This document shows, piece by piece, positions 14,595 to 22,486 of a stretch of 24,000 nucleotides of DNA. This stretch comes from Hyphomonadaceae bacterium (GTDB lineage: Bacteria; Pseudomonadota; Alphaproteobacteria; Caulobacterales; Aquidulcibacteraceae): contig JAEUMP010000012.1 in the NCBI GenBank assembly GCA_016791445.1, positions 14,949 through 38,948 of the forward strand, read 5' to 3'. The translations under genes and the position numbers were made by a program. The notes beneath the pieces were generated by a model. That model ran no database searches. It was not told the DNA's origin and was given only the letters and a program-made list of their open reading frames with translations. Position 1 is the stretch's first letter. Every line of letters begins with the position of its first letter.

Positions 14595-16778
14595 ATGTCG
14601 CGATCCCTTCTGAAACAAGGCGGCTCGCTCGCCGCCCTGTCTTGTGTCCTCGCCTTCGGACTGGCCGGGCCAGCCCACGCACAGCAGGAAGGCACAGCCA
14701 TCGACCCCATCGTGGTGACAGCACAAAAGGTCGAACAGGACCTGCAGGATGTCCCGATCGCCATTACCGCGTTCTCCGCAGAACAACTGCGCGTGAACCG
14801 CGCCGACAGCGTGCTCGACGTCGCACAACGCACGCCCGGATTCACCTCGACTGAAGTCAACCCTGCCGAACCCAACTACGTCATTCGCGGCATCGGCACC
14901 GAAGGCATCAACTCCAACGCAGGCGGTGACGCCTCGGTCGTCATGTTCATCGACGGCGTCTACATCGGCCGCGGCGGCGGCTCGAACCTTGAACTCTTCG
15001 ATCTGGCGCGCGTGGAAGTCCTGCGCGGACCGCAAGGCACGCTCTTCGGCAAGAATGTCGTCGGCGGCGCGATTTCGCTGGTCTCGCGACGCCCCGATGC
15101 AGAACCGTTCGTCGAACTCTCCGCCGGCGCAGGCAACTACGACCGTCGTGAGTTCCGGGCACGCTTCAATCAACCGCTCTCCGACAACGTCTTCGCATCA
15201 GGCGCCTTCTCCATGCGCCAGCGCAGCGGCTATTCCTTCAACCAGACGACCGGCAATGACGTCGACGATGAAGACACCTACGGCTTCCGGGGATCGCTCC
15301 GCTACAAGCCGAGCGACAAGTTCGATGTCGTGGTGACTGCCGACTATTCCAAGCAGGACCAGAACGGCCAGGTCCGCGACAATGTCTGCGACGCCACCTT
15401 CAATGGCGGCGTGCACTGCGTCGGCGTCAACCCGGACCCGCGCATCACGAACGCCATCGTCGACGGCTTTTTGCGGCGCGAAGTGAGCGGCATCCTCGCC
15501 GACGTGACCTGGAATACGAATTTTGGCGTCGTCAGCTCGCTGACCGCCTATCGCAAGGCCGACTTCGATTTCCAGGACCCCTTCTTCTCCAACCCGGTCA
15601 ATCCGCCGACACAGATCGAGTCCATCAACCGCAATATCGAATCCTCCAGCCAGTTCAGCCAGGAGCTGCGCCTTGCGTGGAGCGCGCTGAATGAACGCCT
15701 CACCGGCGTCGTGGGCGGCTACTTCCTGCACGAGGACATTGAGCGCGACGAACAACTCGACCAGCGGTTCCCGGCGCCCGCGCAGACCGGATACGGCTCG
15801 TTTCCCCAAGACGTTGAGGCGCGATCGACGGCTCTCTTCGGGCAAGCGACGCTCGCTGTGACCGACCGGCTCGATGTGACGCTCGGCGCGCGTATGACGT
15901 GGGAAGAAAAGGACGCGCACCTGCAGGCGATCAGGCGCGCGGGTCCAGGCTGGCCCCCGCCGATGGCCGAGGAATACAATGTCCGTGCAAGCAAGAGCTG
16001 GGATGCATTCACGCCCCGCGCCGCGGTGACCTATAAGGCCTCCGATGACGTGCTGCTCTATGTCAGCGCCGCGCGCGGCTTCAAGAGCGGCGGCTTCCAG
16101 GGCACCGCAGGCACGGCCGCCAGCGCCGCCGTCGCCTACAATCCCGAATTCGCGTGGACCTACGAGCTGGGCATCAAATCGCAGTGGCTCGACAACTCCC
16201 TTCGGCTCAACGTCGCGGCCTTCCAGACCAACCACACCGATCTGCAGATCTCCCAGCTTGTCCCCTTGTGCTGCGTCGTCATCGGCAATGCGGCGGAGGC
16301 CGAGATCCGCGGCGTGGAAGCCGAACTTCTCTGGCGCCCTGTGCGCGGCCTCGACTTCAACGGATCCTACACCTACCTCGACGCGACATTCGTGGACTTC
16401 GCCACCGGCGCCACAGCGAATTTCACCGGCAACACGCTGCCACGATCGCCGGAACACAAATTCAACGCCGGCGCCCAGTATCGCTGGTCGCTCGGCGAGA
16501 GCGGCGGCGCATTCATCCGGGCGGACTACACCTACCAGACCGACTATTTCCTCGAAGCGTCCAACACGCCGCTGGAAGTCCAGGACGGCTATGGGATCGT
16601 CGATGCACGCGCGGCCTATGAAAGCCCCTCAGGCGCCTGGGAGGTCGCGCTCTGGGGCAAGAACCTCACCGACGAACTCGTCGCCACGCACATGACTGCG
16701 TTCGCGCCCTTCCGCCAACAGCTCAACATCTATCAGCCGCCGCGCACCTTCGGCGTGAGCCTCACCTTCCGGAACTGA
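14595..16778 (+). CDS. TonB-dependent outer-membrane receptor (no STN domain)
   Basis: GGGAGG lies upstream of the ATG. A signal peptide (LAALSCVLAFGLAGPAHA|QQ) is followed by a TonB-box/plug region (DPIVVTAQKVEQDLQDVPIAITAF, RVEVLRGPQGTLFGKNVVGGAISLVSRRP) and a barrel with a typical C-terminal strand (PRTFGVSLTFRN). Confidence 0.9.
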   Translation: MSRSLLKQGGSLAALSCVLAFGLAGPAHAQQEGTAIDPIVVTAQKVEQDLQDVPIAITAFSAEQLRVNRADSVLDVAQRTPGFTSTEVNPAEPNYVIRGIGTEGINSNAGGDASVVMFIDGVYIGRGGGSNLELFDLARVEVLRGPQGTLFGKNVVGGAISLVSRRPDAEPFVELSAGAGNYDRREFRARFNQPLSDNVFASGAFSMRQRSGYSFNQTTGNDVDDEDTYGFRGSLRYKPSDKFDVVVTADYSKQDQNGQVRDNVCDATFNGGVHCVGVNPDPRITNAIVDGFLRREVSGILADVTWNTNFGVVSSLTAYRKADFDFQDPFFSNPVNPPTQIESINRNIESSSQFSQELRLAWSALNERLTGVVGGYFLHEDIERDEQLDQRFPAPAQTGYGSFPQDVEARSTALFGQATLAVTDRLDVTLGARMTWEEKDAHLQAIRRAGPGWPPPMAEEYNVRASKSWDAFTPRAAVTYKASDDVLLYVSAARGFKSGGFQGTAGTAASAAVAYNPEFAWTYELGIKSQWLDNSLRLNVAAFQTNHTDLQISQLVPLCCVVIGNAAEAEIRGVEAELLWRPVRGLDFNGSYTYLDATFVDFATGATANFTGNTLPRSPEHKFNAGAQYRWSLGESGGAFIRADYTYQTDYFLEASNTPLEVQDGYGIVDARAAYESPSGAWEVALWGKNLTDELVATHMTAFAPFRQQLNIYQPPRTFGVSLTFRN

Positions 16779-16793
16779 CCTCCACCTCAAACT

Positions 16794-16830
16794 GGGACCG
16801 GCCCCTCCGGGGACCGGTCCCAACCTTTTC
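16794..16830 (+). terminator. Rho-independent terminator candidate after the receptor gene
   Basis: GGGACCGGCCCC-TCC-GGGGACCGGTCCC forms about a 12-bp GC stem with one bulge, followed by AACCTTTTC. It starts 16 nt after the stop codon. Confidence 0.6.
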
Positions 16831-17332
16831 GGCGAAGAAGACGAGGCTTCACGACGCGACGCGCGCGTCGCCCAAGGATACCATTTCGGTCGCCCTATGC
16901 CGGAAGCCGAGGCCTCGAAACACCTCGTGCAGGGGATGCGGCGTCGAGCCCCAAAGACGCTACCCGCCGATCGGCCAGCCGCAGCCGATCCTGACGGAGC
17001 GCGCAAATCTGGCCTGACTTTCGCCCCGCAGACTCTCGCCCTCCGAGGCTTCTGCCCCGGCTATTGGGACCCCAGGAGCCGACCACGCGGGGCGACAAGA
17101 CCATCGCCGCGCACGCCGCCTGAGCGCGCTCATCCCGATCCAACCTGACCATTCCGAACGAAAACCGGTGGATGCGCCATGGTTTGCGGCGGGTCGCAAG
17201 CCGTCGCTGCGCCGCCGGGCTGCGTCAACAAACGCCGCCAGCCATTCTCGTTCGAACCTCGATCAGTGAACCCACGGCTATCCGTCTCGACCGAGCGCAA
17301 ACTGGTCAGGAAATGGACCGTGCCCAACCCGG

Positions 17333-17361
17333 TTGCATGTCAATGTATTGTCAAATATGGT
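17333..17361 (+). promoter_or_regulatory. Candidate hipBA promoter TTGCAT-N17-TATGGT
   Basis: The hexamers and spacing were read directly. They lie in the only AT-rich patch upstream of hipB. Confidence 0.35.
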
Positions 17362-17390
17362 CAGTTATAGGCCTTTCAGGCCCATATTTG
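17352..17390. promoter_or_regulatory. Candidate HipB operator: 9-bp inverted repeat CAAATATGG-N21-CCATATTTG with TAT(G/A)GG half-sites
   Basis: The perfect 9-bp inverted repeat ends 1 nt before the hipB ATG. A nested imperfect 21-bp palindrome TATAGGCCTTTCAGGCCCATA spans 17366-17386. There are three TATRGG half-sites at 17356, 17366 and (inverted) 17381. Confidence 0.4.
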
Positions 17391-17391
17391 G

Positions 17392-17769
17392 ATGATTACT
17401 ATGAGTTCGCCGAAATCGAGATCAGCCCTTGCCCAGATGGGGAAGGATTTGCGCGCCGCACGGCTACGCCGCCAGATAACGGCGGTAGATCTCGCCGCAC
17501 GCGCTGGAACCTCTCCGAACACAGTTGCGAGGCTGGAAAAGGGGGATTCAGGGGTCGCAATTGGGACCCTGGCCGACGTGCTGGTCGCGCTCGGGCTCAT
17601 CGCGCGGCTGGGCGACCTTGTGGACATTCGCAAGGACGAGCTTGGTCTTGCCCTCACCGTTGAGCGCATGCCGCGACGCGCGCGCGCGCCCAGAACGCGC
17701 GGCAAAGCAAAAGAGGGAGCGACCCGGACGACGCCGGGCGCCTCGGACCCTGACGGCGCGGCATTCTGA
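17392..17769 (+). CDS. hipB: XRE-family HTH antitoxin (HipB-like)
   Basis: The HTH ITAVDLAARAGTSPNTVARLEKGDSGVAIGTLADVLVALGL is followed by a basic disordered tail. The stop overlaps the hipA start (TGATG). An alternative ATG at 17401 is possible. Confidence 0.8.
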   Translation: MITMSSPKSRSALAQMGKDLRAARLRRQITAVDLAARAGTSPNTVARLEKGDSGVAIGTLADVLVALGLIARLGDLVDIRKDELGLALTVERMPRRARAPRTRGKAKEGATRTTPGASDPDGAAF

Positions 17770-19001
17770 TGTCTGACAGGAGCGCTCGCGTCGCGCTTGG
17801 CCAAAGCCTCACACCCGTCGGCCACCTGCGCTTCACGAAGACCGGCCCTCGCCAATTCTCTTCGTTCAGCTACGACGCCGCGTGGCGGGAATATCCGCGC
17901 GGTTTCGCCATTCAGCCAGACCTCGCGTTGGACGGCGGCCCCTACCACGCCTCGAGCGCCGGCGGCGACACGCGCGATGCACTCGCGGGCGTGTTCATGG
18001 ACGCCGCACCCGAGAGTTGGGGCCGTCGGCTGCTTGAGCGCGCCTACGGCGCCGGGCTTTGCGAGTTCGATTTTCTCACGCTCTCGGACGACCACGCCCG
18101 GCAAGGCGCGCTTCGCTTTCTGGACGCTGACGGAAAGATCATTCGCGGTGGAACGCCCGACTCCGTGCCACGCCTCATCGATCTTGAAGCGCTCACCGCG
18201 ATCGCGCGCGCCTACGAGCAAGCCAAGGACATCTCGCTTGAAGATCTGCGCGCCCTCGCGGGCGCAGGCGGCTCGGGCGGCGCACGCCCCAAAGCAAACG
18301 TGCAGGACGGCGACGCGCTGTGGCTGGCGAAGTTTACATCCGTCTTCGACCAGCAACCGGTCGAGCGCGTGGAAGTGGCGACCCTGACGCTTGCCAGAGC
18401 GTGCGGCATCCGTGCGCCAGATGTGCGGCTTGAACTCGCCGCGACCCCCTTTCCCGTCGCTCTCATCCGCCGCTTCGACAGGCGCGACGGCGCGCGCATT
18501 CCCTACATTTCGGCGCGCACGGCTCTCGGCAAAAGCGCCAGCGAACTCGGCGCCTATACCGAGATCGTCGATTTCATGCGCGCCTTTGCAGCCGATCCCG
18601 AAGCGGACTTCCGCGAACTCTATCGTCGCCTGATCTTCACCATCCTGGTTTCCAACAAGGATGACCATCTCAAGAACCACGGTTTTCTCTATGTCGGCAT
18701 GGGTCGATGGCGCTTGTCGCCCGTGTTCGACGTCAACCCCGCCACCGACCGCACCGCGCACCTTGAGACCGCGATCGTGGAAGGCGGACCACATGACCGA
18801 TCGATCAGGCTGGCGTTCGAGGCATGCGGATTTTTCGAGATCACCAAGACGGAAGCACGCGAGATCATACGGCAGGTCGCCACCTTGATCCGCGGCGCGT
18901 GGCGCGATGCGCTGCTGAGCGTCGGCGTCAGTGGAAGCCTGGCGCGCGACTATGAGCCGGCCTTCGCGCATGAGGAACTCGATGCCGCCTTGACCATCTA
19001 G
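17769..19001 (+). CDS. hipA: HipA-family serine/threonine kinase toxin (type II TA)
   Basis: The 410-aa product has a P-loop-like GGSGGARPKANV, the catalytic loop SNKDDHLKNHGF, and SPVFDVNP. An N-terminal HipA coupling domain is present. Confidence 0.9.
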   Translation: MSDRSARVALGQSLTPVGHLRFTKTGPRQFSSFSYDAAWREYPRGFAIQPDLALDGGPYHASSAGGDTRDALAGVFMDAAPESWGRRLLERAYGAGLCEFDFLTLSDDHARQGALRFLDADGKIIRGGTPDSVPRLIDLEALTAIARAYEQAKDISLEDLRALAGAGGSGGARPKANVQDGDALWLAKFTSVFDQQPVERVEVATLTLARACGIRAPDVRLELAATPFPVALIRRFDRRDGARIPYISARTALGKSASELGAYTEIVDFMRAFAADPEADFRELYRRLIFTILVSNKDDHLKNHGFLYVGMGRWRLSPVFDVNPATDRTAHLETAIVEGGPHDRSIRLAFEACGFFEITKTEAREIIRQVATLIRGAWRDALLSVGVSGSLARDYEPAFAHEELDAALTI

Positions 19002-19708
19002 GGGGCATTGATCGTTTCGAGCCTACTACAATCTCGACTCCGCCGGTCTTCGATCTCACCTGCCTTCGTACTCGAGCCGACAACGACCGCCGGCGCCTCC
19101 TGCGTTCTTCTCGATGGCGCCATTGACGCACGCCGGGGCAGGCGTGCAGCCCACGACTTCGTCGAACTCAGGTGCAGCCGGCGCCGGTCCTTTCACGCCT
19201 CCTGATGAAACGCAGACATCCGGCGAACCGATACGAGCGCATCCAATCAGGGCCTCCATTCTGAGACGTCGCCCGAACGCGCCATCCCTCCCCTGTCGAT
19301 GCAAAGTCCCGGAAGCGTCGGACGCGCGCCTGCGAGGACATTCACCTGCCGACGAGAGAATTTCGAGAAGCACAGGCTCCGCGCCGGCCACGAAAACAAC
19401 CGCGCGCCGCCACTGCAGCGCGCGGTCGCCCACCCAGCCCCCCGGCGGATCGGAGGGGTTTCGAGCCAGTTGCACATGACGCCGGCGCGGGGAACGGATC
19501 CGGCGTCAGGCGTTCTCGCGCTCTTGATCCTCCAGGACATGAGGACCTTCACGCACGTCCGCCACCCGCACGCACCCTAGAACGCGCATCGCGAAAGGTA
19601 TTGTGCGCTAAGATACAGACCCGAAAATTTCTTGGGCGCGCGCCCGTGACAAAGCCTTCCGGCGGCGCCTAGGCTCACCTCGGGAGACGGTCATGACGGG
19701 GGCTGGAT

Positions 19709-20455
19709 GTGAGCCGCATCTCAACGGGCAACGAGCCGACGCTGCGACAGCTCCGCAGCGTCGCGGTCCTCGCCGATCTCTTCGAAGAAGATCTCGAGGA
19801 AGTCGCCCGCACGGTGTCCTATCTGCGCGCGTTCGCCGGCCAGAACGTCGTCTCCCATCTCGAGCGCTCCTCCAGCTTCTTCCTGGTGCTTGAAGGCCAG
19901 GTGCGGGTCCGCATGGCGTCTGCGGCCGGGCGCAATGTCGCCTTCCGACTGATCGGCGCAGGCGGGCACTTCGGTGAAATCGCCGCGCTGACCGGTGCGC
20001 CGCGCATCGCAAGCGTCGTCGCCGATACGCCGTGCCTGCTTGCCGAGATGACCGCGCCGCAGTTTCTGGACTTCATCGCGCGCCGCCCGACCGCGAGCCT
20101 CAGACTTCTGCAGTCGATGGCGCGCAACATCGTCGTCCTGACCGATCGCGTCTTTGAGCTGTCTACCTATGAACTGCGCGCGCGGCTTTGCGCGGAGCTC
20201 CTGCGCCTCGCGCGCGACGCCCCGTTGACAGACGGCGTCATCGCGATCGATCCCGCCCCTTCCCATGCCGAACTCGCCGACATGCTCGGCGCGCTGCGCG
20301 AAGGCGTGTCGCGCGAATTTCGCGTGCTCGCGCGCATGGGGCTTGTGCGCACCGGCCGACGCCACATCGCCGTGCTCGACATCGCGCGCATGCGCACCAT
20401 CGTGGAAAACGAAGGCGGGATCACCGCCACACAGCTTGTCGACTGGAATGTCTGA
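19709..20455 (+). CDS. Crp/Fnr-family transcriptional regulator (cNMP-binding domain plus HTH)
   Basis: The cNMP-binding beta-roll (FFLVLEGQVRVRMASAAGRNVAFRLIGAGGHFGEIAALTGAPRIASVVA) is followed by a C-terminal HTH (SHAELADMLGALREGVSREFRVLARMGLV). The start is a GTG at 19709. Confidence 0.85.
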   Translation: MSRISTGNEPTLRQLRSVAVLADLFEEDLEEVARTVSYLRAFAGQNVVSHLERSSSFFLVLEGQVRVRMASAAGRNVAFRLIGAGGHFGEIAALTGAPRIASVVADTPCLLAEMTAPQFLDFIARRPTASLRLLQSMARNIVVLTDRVFELSTYELRARLCAELLRLARDAPLTDGVIAIDPAPSHAELADMLGALREGVSREFRVLARMGLVRTGRRHIAVLDIARMRTIVENEGGITATQLVDWNV

Positions 20456-20464
20456 GGCGCGCAC

Positions 20465-22486
20465 ATGACGAAACGCCGGATCGCCATCATCGGCGGCGGG
20501 CCAGGCGCACTGGCCGCCGCCTACGAACTGAGCGCAACGCCCGACCTGCGCGCAAAATACGCCGTCTCCATCTACACAGCCGGCTGGCGGCTCGGCGGCA
20601 AGTGCGCCTCGGGACGCAACCGTGACGCGCGCTGGCGCAACGAGGAACACGGCCTGCACGTGCTGGGCGGCTTCTACCACAACACGTTTGCGATCCTGAA
20701 CGAACTCTACGACGCCTGGGCCACGACCTCGAGACACGCGCTCGCCTTCGACGAGGCCTTTCTTCCGCACACCGCTTTCACCGTGATGGAAAACCGTCGC
20801 GGCGCGTGGCGATCGGTGCGTGTCACCTTCCCCCGGACCGACGGAAGTCCCGGCGTCAATCCCAAGCCGCTCTCCTTGCCGCTCGTCTTCCAACGCCTGC
20901 TTTCATGGACCGCCGGTCTGTGGGGCGCCAGATCCGACAGCGCGGGAAAGCACTTCGCTTCAGGCGCCGGCGCGGTCGCTTTCGAAGCGCTTGCGCGGCG
21001 ATTTTCCGCCGCGCCGCTTGAAGAAATGGCGCTCAAGGCCGACGTGCTGATGGTCGCAGAGCCGCCGGTCGCGATGGCGCAGGCTGCCGAAGCTGAACTT
21101 GGCCTCTACATCGCCGACATCGAGGCGCTGCTCCACGCGGCTCGAGATGGCGTCGCCCTCGCCGATGTCGAAGCGATGACCGCCGGGAGAGACGATCACA
21201 GGCCGGGCGTGCACGGCGCGGACTGGCTCGCGCTTGCGGGCCTTGCCCTCACCGTCGCCCGCGGCCTCCTCGCAGACCGCGTCGCCCGACGCGGCTTCGA
21301 CAGCCTCAACCACCTCGATGCGCGGGCCTGGCTCGTGCGTCACGGCGCCGGTCCGCGCATCGCCGACAGCTGCATCGTCGCCTCGGGCTATCACTACGCC
21401 TTTGCCTTCGTCGACGGCGATCCACGACGCCCCGATTTCGCCGCCGGCGTCGCGCTGCGCGGTCTCCTGCGCATGTTCTTCACCTACGAGGACGCCGTCT
21501 TCATCCACATGAACGGCGGCATGGGCGAGATTTTCGCCACGCCCTTCTACGAAGTGCTGCGCGCGCGCGGCGTCGACTTCCACTTCTTTCACAAGCTCAC
21601 GAATGTAACAGCAAAGGCCGGGCGCGTTACCGCGCTCATCGGGCGACGACAGGCGATCGTTACGCGCGGACCAGGCGCCTACGATCCCCTCGTGGCGCAC
21701 AGCGGGCGCCTGTGCTGGCCGAGCGCGCCGGATCTCGACCAGATCGAACCGCCCGATCCATCAGACCAGACCGAAGACGACTGGAGCTATGGCGGCGAAG
21801 GCGCCGATGATTTCACCCTGCTGGCGGACCGCGACTTCGATGACGTCATCCTCGCCGCGCCACCCGCTGCGCTCGCGCCCGCCGCGAAGGCGCTCGCGCG
21901 GCAATCGAACGCCTGGCGGCTCATGCTCGCCGCAAGCGCCACAACACCGACCCTCGCCGCCCAGATCTGGCACGATCGCGCACCGCAGGTTCTCGGCGCC
22001 GCCTATGGCGGCATCGCCACCGCCTATGAAGCGCCGCTCAGCACCTGGGCGGACATGTCCATGCTAATGGACCTTGAACTTCCCCGCGCCGATGGACGCC
22101 CGCTCGCAGCGCTCAGCTATTTCTGCGGTCCCGCAAGCGTGCGCCACGGCGACGGCGCCCAACAGCTCCAGCACTGGCTTGCACGCCATGCACGACGCCT
22201 CCTGCCGGGCTTGCCTGAGCCCGACAATGCACCCGAGGAAGTCGAGCGGCATGTGCGCTTCAACACCAATCCAAGCGACCTCTACGTGCTCTCGCGCGCG
22301 GGAACGATAAGCGCGCGCATGGCCTGCGACCAGACAGGCTTTTCCAACCTCTTCGTGGCCGGCGACTGGACCAAGAACGGCGCCGACGTCGGCGCGGTCG
22401 AGGCCGCAGTCATGAGCGGACGCCAGGCGGCGCGCGCCATCTGCGGTTCACCCCGGGCGATCTACGGGGAGCGCGACTTTGACTGA
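20465..22486 (+). CDS. FAD/NAD(P)-binding oxidoreductase (amine-oxidase/phytoene-desaturase fold), 673 aa
   Basis: It has an N-terminal Rossmann GxGxxG (RIAIIGGGPGALAAAYEL), GWRLGGKCAS, and a C-terminal FAD-anchoring motif (FVAGDWTKNGADVGAVEAAVMSGRQAA). GAGG lies upstream of the ATG, 9 nt after the crp stop. Confidence 0.8.
   Translation: MTKRRIAIIGGGPGALAAAYELSATPDLRAKYAVSIYTAGWRLGGKCASGRNRDARWRNEEHGLHVLGGFYHNTFAILNELYDAWATTSRHALAFDEAFLPHTAFTVMENRRGAWRSVRVTFPRTDGSPGVNPKPLSLPLVFQRLLSWTAGLWGARSDSAGKHFASGAGAVAFEALARRFSAAPLEEMALKADVLMVAEPPVAMAQAAEAELGLYIADIEALLHAARDGVALADVEAMTAGRDDHRPGVHGADWLALAGLALTVARGLLADRVARRGFDSLNHLDARAWLVRHGAGPRIADSCIVASGYHYAFAFVDGDPRRPDFAAGVALRGLLRMFFTYEDAVFIHMNGGMGEIFATPFYEVLRARGVDFHFFHKLTNVTAKAGRVTALIGRRQAIVTRGPGAYDPLVAHSGRLCWPSAPDLDQIEPPDPSDQTEDDWSYGGEGADDFTLLADRDFDDVILAAPPAALAPAAKALARQSNAWRLMLAASATTPTLAAQIWHDRAPQVLGAAYGGIATAYEAPLSTWADMSMLMDLELPRADGRPLAALSYFCGPASVRHGDGAQQLQHWLARHARRLLPGLPEPDNAPEEVERHVRFNTNPSDLYVLSRAGTISARMACDQTGFSNLFVAGDWTKNGADVGAVEAAVMSGRQAARAICGSPRAIYGERDFD

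Noticed and set aside
17245-17265. TTCGAA-containing stretch (ctcgTTCGAAcctcg) reminiscent of a tRNA T-arm, considered as a possible island attachment remnant.
   Set aside because: The flanking bases do not form a complementary T-stem, and no acceptor or anticodon arms are visible. I could find no matching direct repeat on the other side of hipBA by eye.
17376-18971. 531-aa minus-strand ORF antisense to hipB/hipA. ORFs 15198-16457 (-), 19721-20893 (-) and 20960-21700 (-) are similar.
   Set aside because: They have no recognisable domains, and the opposite strand encodes intact HipBA, TonB-dependent receptor, Crp and oxidoreductase proteins.
19056-19475. 139-aa minus-strand ORF and the overlapping 121-aa plus-strand ORF (19114-19479) downstream of hipA. 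A 9-bp inverted repeat TGACGCCGG-N14-CCGGCGTCA lies at 19477-19508.
   Set aside because: There are no motifs, third-position GC is mixed, there is no SD, and an 'LIGC' lipobox-like string lacks a preceding signal peptide. The inverted repeat has no U-tract on either strand. I treat the region as unassigned and cover it in the hipBA flank finding.
19602-19617. CRP-box-like TGTGC-N6-ATACA about 100 nt upstream of the crp/fnr-family gene.
   Set aside because: Only about 7 of 10 half-site positions match TGTGA-N6-TCACA. That is too weak to call without a genome-wide motif model.
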